A DNA stretch of 64,000 nucleotides from contig OX597833.1 in the NCBI GenBank assembly GCA_951406725.2, positions 68,820,001-68,884,000 of the forward strand, written 5' to 3'. The position numbers and the translations under genes were made by a program. The DNA is from Octopus vulgaris. Taxonomy: Eukaryota. The notes beneath the pieces were generated by a model. That model did not search any database. It was not told the DNA's origin and saw only the letters and a program-made list of their open reading frames with translations. How positions within the stretch are numbered: the first letter of the stretch is position 1; each line of letters starts with the position of its first letter. Shown here piece after piece: positions 27,517-42,460 of the stretch.

Positions 27517-28047
27517 GAGTGAGAGAGCAGTTCATGCCATCAAAGTGACACTGGGGTAAAATATAAGAAGCCCAGTATACCCATCATGACTACTTGTCTT
27601 ATAATGGTACACTAGGCACATGCATCATAACCATATGTGCATGACATGGTGATTGCATATCAAGATAAATAGTGTAAGATCTTGCAAGTGAGACCCAGTT
27701 ATAATTTTTTCAGGTCGAGTAGCCCCATTCCACTCAAAGGGATGTTTAAGGATGTTGAATGAAACACCCATGTTTCCAGAGGTGAGTTATTCAAACGCCA
27801 AAGAATCCCTCTCAACACATGGCTATGATGCTCCCCCACTACTTCTGCTCGTGATCAGAGATGCACATATCGTCAGCCACTAAGGGACATGCTCAACTGG
27901 TTGTGGTCAAACAACTGACAAGCAAATCTGTGGTATTTAGCAGAATATTTGCTGTAGCTTATCTTTTATACCAAGACAAAACAACGGACATGTTAACACT
28001 TCCAATCAGTTAAGATCAGAAGCTATAAGAGCCACTGCCTAGAACTG

Positions 28048-28050
<3 letters not shown>
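27517..28050 (-). mobile_element. About 530-bp non-coding element inserted in an (ATT)n tract
   Basis: Compositionally distinct block bounded on both sides by (ATT)n. No ORF and no recognisable tRNA head. Strand inferred from the (AAT)n tail. Confidence 0.6.
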
Positions 28051-28099
<49 letters not shown>

Positions 28100-28606
28100 T
28101 CTGTTATCAAATGTAATCTCTTTCAAGCTTGGTAGGTATGACAGCAATATACAGCATCTTAAACGAGTCGTTTGATAGCAACATCAACAATATTTAGAGT
28201 CCAAATGTTTATTTTCAGTTCTAAATATTATTGTAGAATTAATGGAAACATTGAATGAGCAGTTGAGAGAAGAATGATGGATATATTTCTCACCTCTCAA
28301 TCTGATTAAATAAACAAAATCAATTTAAATATTCAAGTTAGTGCAAGATCATCTGGATTTTAGCTACACAGAAAATATATAATTATAGAAAATAATGAAA
28401 GAATACCCAGAAATATTATGTCTTGTTTTTGCATAAAATGATTCCTTTTAGTTAAGCCTTTCAATACCATTTTCAGGTTTGCTCCATACATCAGAAATTT
28501 CCAAACGGAAATTAAGAACGCGTTCAGGGAAAAATACATTAATAATATAGGCCCTGTTTTGACATGGAAAAAGGAGCTGGTCGTTCTTCTTACAATTTTT
28601 CTTAAA

Positions 28607-28639
<33 letters not shown>

Positions 28640-28645
<6 letters not shown>

Positions 28646-28825
28646 CCTTTCTACTGTAGGCACCAGGGCTGAAATGTAGGGGAAGGGAATAGTCGATTAC
28701 ATCGATCCTAGTGTATCACTGGTACTTAATTTATCAACCCCGAAATGATGAAAGGCAAAGTCGACTCCTGCAGAATTTGAACTCAGAGCGTAGCGGCGGA
28801 CAAAGTACCGCATAGAATTTCCATC
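28640..28825 (-). mobile_element. SINE family A, 5'-truncated, (ATT)n tail
   Basis: gatgaaaggcaaagtcgac...gaatttgaactcaga. (AAT)n at 28607-28643. Confidence 0.85.
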
Positions 28826-29287
28826 GTGTAAAAAAGAACGCTGAACATTTCCTACCACACATTAACGAGTTTACAAGCTCACCATTCTAACATTAAATGA
28901 ATAAGTGATAGTTTAATTAAATAGATAAATCAGTAATAGAATCTTTATACATGGCTCACTTATTCTTTTCATTGAAAATTTCCATCCTATACTGTAAATA
29001 TGTTATGAAGTTCAACACAGTAGAAAGATTACTGTCGAATATACAACTAGTAGTTATCGTGGGTAAAAGAGAATGCACGCAAATGCCTAAAGAGTATAGT
29101 CAAAATGAATATACAAAATATTGGTCCTTACAATACACATTTCACCACATATTTTAGACGGGACAGAGTAACGTAAATCACCGTGAATAAATATAGTCTT
29201 AAAGGGGAAAATATTCTAAATAATAGGAAATAATAATACAAGACTTGTGCAAGAAAAGGAAAAATGTATGCAAATTATATGAATATA

Positions 29288-29318
<31 letters not shown>

Positions 29319-29386
29319 GCATGTATACATATGTAAGTATATGCATATATATATATATATATATATATGCATGTATACATATGTAA

Positions 29387-29438
<52 letters not shown>

Positions 29439-29479
29439 GTTGACGCAAATCCGAATTGCTGTCACCTAGGGAAATATTC

Positions 29480-30460
29480 TGGGGTAATTACTGTTGATAA
29501 TAGCTCCCTCAGCCACTGTTACTAGATTTACCGATGATACAAAATTATCGCAGGCAATAAAAAATCAAGATGGCCTCGGCAGCTTACAGTGGGGCCTCAA
29601 TTCGATATACATGTAGGCCGAAATAAGCATCACGGTTTAATGCTACAATCTTTAAAGCACTGCACTATCAACCCATGAATGCATTACAGCCTCCATATGG
29701 AGGACGCCAAGGCACTATAATTCCAGTGTCATAGGCAGTGGAGGACTTGGGGATCGGTGAGTACAATGATGTATTATTTTATATGCACAATACCAAGATG
29801 GCAGCTAAGTGCAGACAGTTTGCAGGATGGATACTGAAGTCGTTCCAGAGTACTGCTCCCAGTGATGGTTACCATATAGTTCCAAACTAATAGTGGATCA
29901 TGAAGCACTCCAATGCCATAAAACTAAACAGATTGAAACAGTGCAGCGGATGAGCTACAGGGACAGGCTGAGAGAGCTGCAACTTTACTCCCTTGAACAA
30001 AGGCGAGGCAGATATACAATAATCTACATATGGATAATCCTAGAAGGATTAGTAGAGGATTTTGGCATTTCATGTTATAAAAACGCCAGAAGTGGCTGCC
30101 ATTTTATTGTACCAATGTGACTATCCGCTCCTTCAAAATTCAGGACAGATATTGCAACAGTCTAGGGTTCAAAAAACCACAGGTTTTCAATACCCTGCGA
30201 CAAAAATTACGAAATCTGCATAAAGTGGAAGTAGATGTTTTCGAAAAGAAACTAGCCATCCTGCTCTCCAGAATCCCTGACGAACCAAGGTGCAGAGGAG
30301 AGCAGCGGAATCGAACTCCCTTATACACCAAATGGGCCAAGAGCTGGGACAAAGTTGCATACAAGAGTGGTGATATAAAACACCTCAAACGGAAGAAATT
30401 AGACAGGTCACGGTGGTGCTCCAGCATGACCGCGGCCACATGGCTGAAATGGGTAGAAGC
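29480..30460 (+). mobile_element. Decayed CR1-group LINE 3' portion (RT to 3' end)
   Basis: RFTDDTKLSQ, VEDLGI, SYRDRLRELQLYSLEQRRGRYTIIYIWIILEGLV and FEKKLAILLSRIPDEP, with stops and frameshifts. Confidence 0.85.
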
Positions 30461-30562
30461 GTATATATATATATTGCATGCATATATATACATAAATATA
30501 TTACATGCATATATATACATAAATATATTACATGCATATATATACATAAATATATTACATGC

Positions 30563-30593
<31 letters not shown>

Positions 30594-30900
30594 CATATAT
30601 ATACATATATATATATATATACATATATATACATATATATATATACATAAATATATTACATGCATCTATATATATATATACATATATACATAAATATATT
30701 ACATGCATATATATATATATATACATATATATACATATATATATATACATATATATATATACATAAATATATTACATGCATATACATATATATACATATA
30801 TATACATATATATACATATATATATATATATACATATATATACATATATATATATATACATATATATACATATATATATATACATAAATATATTACATGC

Positions 30901-30931
<31 letters not shown>

Positions 30932-30990
30932 CATATATATATATACATATTACATGCTATATATATATATATATATATATACGTACATAT

Positions 30991-31035
<45 letters not shown>
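30461..31035. repeat. TA-based minisatellite with recurring cataaatatattacatgca unit
   Basis: Unit repeated about 7 times within (TA)n. Confidence 0.95.
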
Positions 31036-31038
<3 letters not shown>

Positions 31039-31059
31039 GAAAAATTATTCGGTAGTCAT

Positions 31060-31120
31060 GATAAAACTCCGAGTTTCGGATGTCGGGGCTGAAAGCCACC
31101 CCGGTATCTTTTCAGTTATC
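31060..31120 (-). ncRNA. Type I hammerhead-like motif in a Penelope-like fragment (G8A)
   Basis: Minus strand GAUAA-CUGAAAA-long stem II-GAAACUC(G)GAGUU-UUAUC. Flanked by (TA)n on both sides. Confidence 0.6.
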
Positions 31121-31122
31121 GG

Positions 31123-31159
<37 letters not shown>

Positions 31160-31454
31160 CCCTTTGTATGTAGGAATGTACACCAGGTCTTATGTGTGTG
31201 CGGCGCCCGAGTACGTCTGTATGTGTGTGTGTATTTGTTTGACTTTATTCCTGATTGTGTGTGTGGGGAGGGGTATGCATGCTTAATAATGGCAATTAAT
31301 GAAGATGAAAGAAGATAGTGTGGGGCTGAAATTATAAATATATATGATTATATGAGCAAATTAAGAACATGAGAAGCGTAAGTAATTATACGTATCGACG
31401 AAATTAATTCATTCAATAAATCTATATTCACATAAGCGTATACGTGTGTATAGT

Positions 31455-31495
<41 letters not shown>

Positions 31496-31659
31496 GAACA
31501 TCAACACACGCATATATGTGTGTGTGTGTGTGTGAAGTGCGGTGTGTGCGCGAGGGAATGCAGGCGCGTGTTCATAATAAGGTAGATATCAATCAAATAT
31601 CTGAACTCGTAATTATATATTATTTTCTTTCAACCACACTCTTGTGCCCTCTATGGTTT

Positions 31660-31742
<83 letters not shown>

Positions 31743-31760
31743 CTACATATATGCACAAAT

Positions 31761-31819
<59 letters not shown>

Positions 31820-32597
31820 TGTGTGTGTGTATATATATACATATATATAGATGCATACACCTGTTGATATATGTTAAGTGTGTGTCCCTCTTTCTTCCAG
31901 ATGCATGTGTTTGTCTGTATCACACATTGTACTTTTTACTCTTCATTTGATGAAACAACCAGCTGGGTCATGTGTATCGGTAAATGATAATTTTATGCCC
32001 CTTAAAGGAATAAGTAAACAAGGAAAGCCAAAGGGTAGGTTGGTTCATCTAGAATGCTGTCTACCTCTATGTTCCTAAATTCGATTCGATAATCTCCGAT
32101 AAACTAACTAACGCTAGGTGTCCCTGCTGTATTCTTATTACATACCTATATTTTTCCCAGAGAATTATTCTTTAAAAGGAGACTCAGAGTCTCTATACAC
32201 CATCCTAAACAGATTTCGTTGTCTGACTGTAGAATGTTAAGATGTTATATAGAGATTTACACCGAATACGGAGTATTGTTTCTTTCAGCTATTCTACCCT
32301 TCGTACAAGTGTAGATTGTCCTTTGATATCTCGTTATGTTATTTAAGGCAATCTATAGCCGTACAACTATTTACATATATTCACAGACACACACACACAC
32401 ACAATATATATATATATATATAATTAGAAAATGAAGAAAAATACAGATTAACCAACACATCGATTGGTCCATATTTATTGCTTATTTTAATACAACACAT
32501 GGCATAACAAAATAGGTGGCCAATAGCATATACGGATATTTCATCCCTTAGTCCGTTACTATAACCGCTAAATGGTTTTATTTATATATATATATAT

Positions 32598-32900
32598 ACT
32601 GATAAATATGGTAAGACATCAAAAGAATGAAAGAGACCTCGATATTATGTAAATAGAGAAATTTTTCTGTAAATGTAATATGTGACAATTATTCGGCAGC
32701 CATGATAAAACTCCGAGTTTCGGATGCCGATGTGGAAATCCAGGCCGCCATCTCTTCAGTTATATGGCCATCAGAAAAGTACCTTTTCTGATGGCATTTT
32801 TCCGATTGCCAGAAAACGGAAGAGAAGGCGGCGTGGATTTCCCCCTCGGCATCGAAAAATACCTGTTTCCGATGGCATTTTTCCGATAACTGACAACCAA
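32598..32900 (-). mobile_element. Penelope-like terminal-repeat fragment with hammerhead and partial inverted copy
   Basis: Same family as 31040-31125. Inverted partial copy at about 32813-32856. Starts at a (TA)n tract. Confidence 0.6.
32699..32768 (-). ncRNA. Type I hammerhead ribozyme motif with intact core
   Basis: Minus strand GCCAUAUAA-CUGAAGA-GAUG...CAUCC-GAAACUC(G)GAGUU-UUAUCAUGGC. Confidence 0.7.
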
Positions 32901-33309
32901 GTTCAGTGAAATATTATAATTGAATGTGTATAGAATAATAATCATTGCTTAAATAGGGTTCTCGCAAAATCAGAATCTCCACTTACAAGCGTATTCCACC
33001 TTGTGAAAAATTATTAAATATTTGCGCACAGTTAATTAACATTCCTTTATATAAATGAGTGTAATTCCATAATCATGTGCAGTATTACTGTTACATAATG
33101 CGGATTGGGTTTATCTCAAAGACGTCTTAACTGTCATCAATTATTACTGAGGTTGTGAAGAAACTTGTTTAAAAATGAGTCAAACATTAGTCCGAGGTGC
33201 CGAGTGACCTGACGGTTAACCCCTGCGATTTTTATTTATTGTCTGCCTATTCTTATCGAAGATGTTTTGCAAGTTGTTAGCAACTTCAAAGAAAATGTAT
33301 AATACTGCA

Positions 33310-34121
<812 letters not shown>

Positions 34122-34216
34122 CCCTCAAGTTTTTCCTATCGCATCTAAATTTCTGAATTTCTCTTTTCATGTCTATTTCTCTGTATCATATCTCTTCTCT
34201 TTCTCACTCATTTTAG

Positions 34217-34276
34217 GAGACGACAAGGAAGCATCAATCCCCACCATTCAACCAAACACAACGATGCCTGTGTTTA
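34217..34276 (+). CDS. 60-nt internal coding exon (phase 1-1) of a putative GPI-anchored protein
   Basis: Long polypyrimidine tract ending ttttag|, donor |gttagt. Frame RDDKEASIPTIQPNTTMPVF. Confidence 0.7.
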
Positions 34277-34753
34277 GTTAGTTGCACATCGATATTTTTA
34301 CGCGTTTTTATTTTTTTTTACATCTTTCATATTTGAATCCGTGACATATTGTGCTTTCTTGTTGTGTTTCCCAACCTAAACATTACACTCAACCCTCATA
34401 TCTGCCATTTGCATAAAATTTCATAACCGTTTGTAAACTTAACATTTTAACTCCAAAGAAATATCGTTTCCATAATAACGGTTTTCATGTTTATATTTTG
34501 TTTTGAAATATTTTGTTTTCGAGTTCTCTACCTTTGATATTCTTGTTGTTGTTGTTTGGGACAGGTTTAAGTGCATTCATTTACACTATTTGAGATTTGC
34601 CGAAAACTTTCACGCTCATATTTTTTCCTGCAGCTAAACATACTTTCTCACCAACCTTAATTACTAGCAGTTCTAAAAACACATCGCAAAGACATAATTT
34701 TAACTACTTAGGGTGTTAGGTAGTTTTTGCAAATAAATTATATTACCATTTGT

Positions 34754-34985
34754 AAGGCGGCAAGCTGGCAGAAACGTTAGCACGCCGGGCGAAATGCTTA
34801 GTAGTATTTCGTCTGCCGTTACGTTCTGAGTTCAAATTCCGCCGAGGTCGACTTTGCCTTTCACCCTTTCGGGGTGGATAAATTAAGTACCAGTTACGCA
34901 CTGGGGTCGATATAATCGACTTAATACCTATGTCCTTGTTTGTCCCGTCTGTGTTTAGCCCCTTGTGGGTAGTAAAGAAATAGAC
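34754..34985 (+). mobile_element. SINE family A monomer with 12-bp TSD
   Basis: Full head to gtaaagaaatag. TSD attaccatttgt (34742-34753) and attaccctttgt (34986-34997). Confidence 0.92.
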
Positions 34986-35679
34986 ATTACCCTTTGTGTC
35001 AGTCTCTAATGTATCACAAATAGAGATTACATGCTTAGTTAAAATAGTTAAAATTGTGGCTTGAAATGATAACAATTATGTCTTTAAATAATATATTTAA
35101 TGTCAAATGCTTGTCTTGTGCCGTTTTCTTCAGGATTATAATCACTTAATAATTTACATATATATTTTACAAAGCAGAACTATCTTTGTTATTTGTTGTG
35201 GTCTGGAATATAATATTTTGCTTTTAATACATTCTACTAAAACAGTGTTTTTCAACCACGTATTTTACCATATTTGCCGCTGATCTATAGAGAATGATTA
35301 CTCTAGATTTATTTAATAGATATATTTCACACATTGATTACAACGTGAAAATGCAAACTGATATGATTTCGTATTCATGTGTATAAACTATGTATAATAG
35401 CTATTCAGACAATATATATCGATAAAACATGTTTGGGAAAGAAATATATAAGCATATATAAAGATAGAGGGAACGATGCACTGGGCTAAATATTTGAAGA
35501 TACCGCTTCACTGCAAGGACAGCTCGATAACCGAAATCAGTAAAAATAACAACAAATATACATTAAAAAGAAATTATGCTCTTAATTGATAACTCTTCTA
35601 AATAATGCTTGGAGCAATTTTAAATTAAAACCTGTTCACCAGGAAAACGAATGTCTAAAATGTATATACACATCATATG

Positions 35680-35717
<38 letters not shown>

Positions 35718-37706
35718 GTATGATTTTCATCACAGTATGCCTACAGGCATGCTATGATTTTGTAAGTGGGGAAGCAGTGTGTTTAAGAATATATAAAATG
35801 TATCATTGCTTTTTCATACTTTTGTCTGTAGTATTTTCTATTTTGTTTCTAATTTATTTTCCCGCATGACTAAGGCAATGAACTATTTTACAACATTGAC
35901 GGTATTAAAAAGCAATGGCTGAAAAACGCTGAACTAACTCATTTTGTTTTGTTGTTTTGCACAATATAGAATTAAGGAATGCTTTTTGATATTTAGTAGC
36001 AGCTAAAATTGTTTTCGTGATTTGATTTTTGTATTATATATATATATAAAAAAAATGTTAATATTTTAAAGCTTCCTACACATTTACTAACATGAATTTT
36101 CGCTTTTGATTAAATAACAAAGGATTTTTCACTATTTTCTTACACACATGCACATATACATACCAAATAATATGTGTAATATTCCATTAAAAACTCAGCA
36201 ATACACCTGGTAAGAAACAAATATTTGACTGAAATGCGATTGAACGAATTACTTCGTATCAACGAAACAATAACTCCAACAGAATGTTGTGTATTGTCTT
36301 TTTATATTTGGAGTGAATTTACTAATATAAACCATAACAACATTTCCTTTGCAGTACCATGTCATTTCTCATACAATTGTATTTCTTCTAATCAGTTTTT
36401 TTGGTATTTGTTCCTTGTAATACTCTATTGATAAACGATGTATTAATTAATAAGTGGTAATAACAAAGCAATATTAACGTGATATACTCGCTCTTGTTGC
36501 TAATAATTAGAAACATGCATAATAAAATACACGACGGAGTATTAATATATATTTGAACAGACAATAAGAATGAGAGTGCTGGATCCAGCTACAGTTGTCT
36601 CAAAAAAAATTAATAATTGTAATAATACTAAGGTTCGTCTGACTAGATGTTAGTGACTGTTCTCGAGAAACAGTGACAGAATGACCAATACATGTAAAGC
36701 CTGCCGTTCGTTATGATCTTACTGTAAAAGATCGATGTTCCAAAGACGTCATTTTTCATTTATGATTAATAAATTTCATTTTATTTATCAAGTTTCTTCA
36801 CTTGGGATTACAGGTTGTTTTATTATTATTATTATTGTAAATAACAGAGGCTTTTCTGTATCCGGAGACATGCATCATTATAGCTCGTCTCCATTTCCAT
36901 TCTTGTTCCCATTCCCTTTTACAAAAATCCACAAAATTTTGAGATTTTATGCCTATAGTAGAAAGGATTATTATTATTATTATTATTAGACAGTTCTTTC
37001 TGTGGATGCGAAAATAAACGCAGCATATATTAGGCAAGTAGCTGGTTTGTTACGCAAAGGAATCTCTTATTTCCGATGACACAGTATTGCCTTAAATGTG
37101 ATAGAATATATTACGTACAATCATAGATATAAAGTTTGCGATAGAAAAGCGCATTATTCACTGATGAATGTGCTTCACCAACAGGTAGGCTAAATCACGG
37201 AAGTACTACAGTAAACGGTAACAGATGCATACTGTATACTATAACAAATGATGCTAAGTTATGAAGTTAATTACGTCGTCTCCTCCTTTCATTTAAAAGC
37301 ATCACGTGATGATAGGGTCTACCTCTTCACACTGAAGTAAACTTTATACAATAGATTAAGATATTTAAGCAAGAAATGTTATATGCAGTCGCTAGAGTCG
37401 CTGAAAGACGTCAGACAACACCGATATAAGTCCTAGGATAATATTAGATAATGAAGAATTAGATAGAAGAGATGTAATTAACGCGTTAGTTTGATGAATT
37501 ATCCTAGCCGAAACTTTCATGTAATCGTCATATTTATAATGAATATTTGACTTTTTCTTTTGTGTCAATCTGCTTGTCTATTTCTTGCTCTTTTCTTTAG
37601 TAGGCATTTATGAATGAATATTTATATATATGTGTAATTTGATATATTATGTATCAACTTTGTTGTGTCGTATACTGATATTTCTTCTCATTTCCATATT
37701 TTCCAG

Positions 37707-37825
37707 CCGATGCTCCCGTGAATCATCAACTTCAAACAACGAACGGGTTTGCTCTACTGAGAAGTTTCTCAACCTCATTTTTTGGATTGTGTTGCGTGTT
37801 TCTGGCCACGGGTTTCCCTTTATGA
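37707..37825 (+). CDS. Terminal coding exon with GPI-anchor-like C-terminal signal
   Basis: Pyrimidine tract and ttccag|. Phase-1 frame TDAPVNHQLQTTNGFALLRSFSTSFFGLCCVFLATGFPL*, with TGA at 37823-37825. Confidence 0.75.
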
Positions 37826-39140
37826 TGTAGCACAGCGCACTGCTTTGGCCTCGTATGAGAATAATCTCCTTTAAGCTGAAAACAATTTTTAAAAAATGAA
37901 TTTCAAAATACACCAAAAAAAAATTATAAAACGAAGTTAAAAAAAAATTCTATGTTGCGATTGTATAGGAACGAGTTAGGTTACTGTTGTTATTAAGATG
38001 GATCATAATGCCATTTAGTCGGAGATTCTCGGATTGAGAGACGATGATTAAATGGGATGAGATAGTGAAATGTAAAGGAGATGACATGAAGAGAATTACG
38101 GAATGAATGAGAGAAAAGTTAAATATTTCAATAGAAATAATTCTTTTTTAAAAACTCCGAGATTAAAAATCTGTTTTTAATATAGTAAATTGCTATGCAT
38201 TGCTGCGAAATTCGATATGAAATTTAAACAGATATAGATAGGACGGATTTATACAGTATTAAATATCACAAGAATAGAGATTATGACAATAGACTAGCTT
38301 TATTAGCGATATGACCTATGATGAGACTGTTTTTACTACAAAGACAACACGAATTAATAGATAAATGTAATGAAATAATTTAATAATAAATATAACCTTA
38401 ATAAAACATGCAGTTGCACAAAATATAATAAATCTCAAACCAACAACAACGTACAGCAGGAATCAGGATACAACACATGTTCCAATTAAGAGTAAAAAAT
38501 AGATATATGAATAATAATTAAAATCATTCAAAATATTGTTACGAATTTCCTCATTATGATAATGAATCTACGAAAGAGAAAAAAAGATAACGCCGTATAA
38601 TACACCTTCTTAAGCGTGTAATATAAATACCATTATTAAGGAGTAGGAGAAGCAATAATCATGTCTCTGGATTTCAAACCTGGTAATGCATAGTAAGGAT
38701 CTAATCACAATATTAAGAATTATAGTAATGATGATAATAATGATACTGGTAATATTAATTGTAGTTCAAGTAGTAAATTTAAACAATATAATACGATTAT
38801 AATATAACGATGAATAAATCGCAATATCGAATATAAAATATTATTTCATCTTCTCAAGTTCGAAATAAAAATAATACACCAAAAATGTTTTCTGAGAGAC
38901 GAAATATATATATATATATGATATATATGTTAGGATTGTTTAATAAAAAATAAGAAATCACAGGCTTTTTTTCAGGTGTAATTGTGATCTTCCTGTCTTA
39001 TCAGTAAATTAAGACAAAGTGTATATTTTTCGTTCATCATACGCATATTTAGCTAACGTTCAACAAATGTTATTTTTAATTATAAATTTTACTACAAAAT
39101 ATTGTCAAAAAATTTATAAGGCTTGAAAATAACAAAATCA
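37826..39140 (+). other. Probable 3' UTR
   Basis: About 1.3 kb of AT-rich sequence nearly free of repeats after the stop codon, with several AATAAA hexamers at 38.4-38.95 kb. End position uncertain. Confidence 0.45.
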
Positions 39141-39149
39141 ACTAAAAGT

Positions 39150-39178
39150 GTATATTTCTAATATATACATATATACGT

Positions 39179-39226
<48 letters not shown>

Positions 39227-39465
39227 GTTCATGTATAAATACATATATAAATATGTATTTATATATATACATATATATATATATATATTTATGTATGTAT
39301 ATGCATATATATATGTACGTATATACATATATATCCATACAGAGATACATATACATGCAAACGTACACAAACACACATATACACAGATATATGTATACAG
39401 GTATATATATATATATATATAAATGTGTACATATATATTCATATGTGTATGTATACATATGCATC

Positions 39466-39496
<31 letters not shown>

Positions 39497-39709
39497 ATGT
39501 AGACAGAAACACACACACACATGTCTCATACACAGAATTACGTGCATCGCTACATAAATATATACACAAGCATATATGTGTATTGTATGCAAACATATAT
39601 AAGTACATACATAAGCATACTGATGTATGAATTTATATGTGAGTGTATAGATGTAAATATATGTACATGCATATATAAATATTCATAGATTTATTTACAT
39701 ACATAAATG

Positions 39710-39756
<47 letters not shown>

Positions 39757-39983
39757 AGCAAATTGTATACTTGTATAGCTTGACATTTAACGTAAAGTAA
39801 TTTTTATCGCAACTAGTAATTACTAAGTTAGCAAGAATTCATTATAGTTTAGTCTTTTTTCAACGAAGTTAGACAGGAAGAGAAAAATGAAATCAAGCGA
39901 ATCAGATAGTCCATGGAGACTTAATTCAAGATAATGATTAAAACAAATATTTCTAAAAATAGACCAAATACTTATGATTAAAC

Positions 39984-40018
<35 letters not shown>

Positions 40019-40237
40019 AACATATATACACACATGTATACATTCATATACTTACGTATATATAGATATACATATATATTCACATATATATACACATATA
40101 TATATATATATGCACATATGTATATCCACATATATACATATATATATACGTATATATCTACTTATATATACACATATTTATACACACACATACACACACA
40201 TATATATATATATATATATATTCACATATATATACAC

Positions 40238-40268
<31 letters not shown>

Positions 40269-41141
40269 TATGTATATCCACATATATACATATATATATA
40301 CGTATATATCTACTTATATATACACATATTTATACACACACATATATATATATATATATATATGACACAACAGTATATGAACGAAGCTCTCCTTGAATAA
40401 ATCTGATAAACACTAGCCGAACTTATATTACTACAAATAATTTTAAGTGAAATATAGTTTAATACACACGCAGGAAATATTCAAACATTAGCATATCGAT
40501 TGTATGGAAAATGTCGCGAGAGAACACAATATACATACATTATATATATATATATATGTTATTAGAATTTAAGAAAATATGTAACGTAAGTTATGAAAGT
40601 TAGTCACGTGCGACCCAATTAATTCCTTAAATATGCATTAATATGTCTCATTGGAGACACTAAATAAATTTGGAAATTGAAGAAGAGTTTATATAATAGA
40701 TGATAGTAACATTCACAAAAGTGCATTTTGAATTGTATAATCAAACTATAAATAGTCTAATTATTGAGATTAGTAAATATTTCACGGCGCACTCAGGAAA
40801 CATTCTAATATATAAGTATTTAGGCAAGCGGCATAGTCATATTTCTATAATTCTCAAATATACGTATTAGAATTTAGAGTAAAAGTCTTTAGGTCTGGAT
40901 TTATTTTTCTTCTAAATACAAAGAGGCCGTTAAATAGAAAAATAAATTCCGGTTATTGACGAATGAGTTTAGTACAAAAATGAATCATTTAGTTATCTAA
41001 TTACAATCCAACGCAATGCACACGCACAATCACACACACACATATTAATGTATATACATATATGCCTCAGTAAATGTATATACATCTATGTATGTGCCAG
41101 CGTGCCTGTGTGCATCTCTTTGTATGCGTATAAAACACATA

Positions 41142-41181
<40 letters not shown>

Positions 41182-41267
41182 CTTATGTATATATACGTGT
41201 ATGTATACATATACATAAATATGAATATATATATATACGTGTATGTATACATATCCATACATATGAA

Positions 41268-41300
<33 letters not shown>

Positions 41301-41399
41301 TCACTTATGTATATATACGTGTATGTATACATATACATAAATATGAATGAATATATATATATATATATACGTGTATGTATACATATCCATACATATGAA

Positions 41400-41430
<31 letters not shown>

Positions 41431-41502
41431 TCGAATTTATAGGTATATGTTATATTTATATATTTATGAGCATACATAAACTTATACTTACATCTGGAAA
41501 TG

Positions 41503-41544
<42 letters not shown>

Positions 41545-41928
41545 GTATATGCGTGTGTATATTTAATAGGACGTCTGACTGAGAGTGAGCGCATTTATTA
41601 ATATAAATTGTATGAATGAATAATGCCGAAATTATGTTTAAAGTTACCCACCCAAATTCCCTTGTACTAAGATTTTGCTTGAGAAACTAAGTGTGGAAAA
41701 AAACAATAAAAAAACAAGAGCAAATGTTAAACTTCACACAAACATTGCTATTATTATGTTAAAAGGTAAAAACAATAATTCTTTGTTAATGTTTTGATTT
41801 ACTATGTATCTGCGCATCTCTTTGAATTTTGGCTTTTTCTGAATTAAAACGTATATGTATATACACACACACATATATATATACACACATACATACCCAT
41901 ATATGAATATATATACACATGTATAAAA

Positions 41929-41959
<31 letters not shown>

Positions 41960-41986
41960 GTATACACCAACATATGTATATATGTG

Positions 41987-42029
<43 letters not shown>

Positions 42030-42411
42030 ATATACAGAATGGAATGACGCAAACAAAAACATTTTAAAGATGGAAATTAATATGAATTGTCCAATTAAAG
42101 TTACTTTGTTTCTTGTACAAACTCAACTTGATGTTTATTGTTTTCGTGTATTTTGTTTTTTCCTTTGCAATAGTATTATATCATTGTTCAATTTTTTTGT
42201 CTAAATGTTTGCACACATCACAATTGAAGCATGGTTACGTAACTTCTGAATATATTAAATTGACGCATGAATTTCAACATGTACAAAAATTGGCGCCTTT
42301 CTAAACATGTATCTATATATACGCACATGCATACAGCATATGTACATATACGTATATATACTTATATATAGAACATATATAAATAAATATATAAATATAG
42401 AACATGTATAA

Positions 42412-42460
<49 letters not shown>

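Noticed and set aside
27860-27900. U6 snRNA-like similarity on the minus strand (agcatgtccctt...gacgatatg)
   Set aside because: Too short, with no ACAGAGA box.
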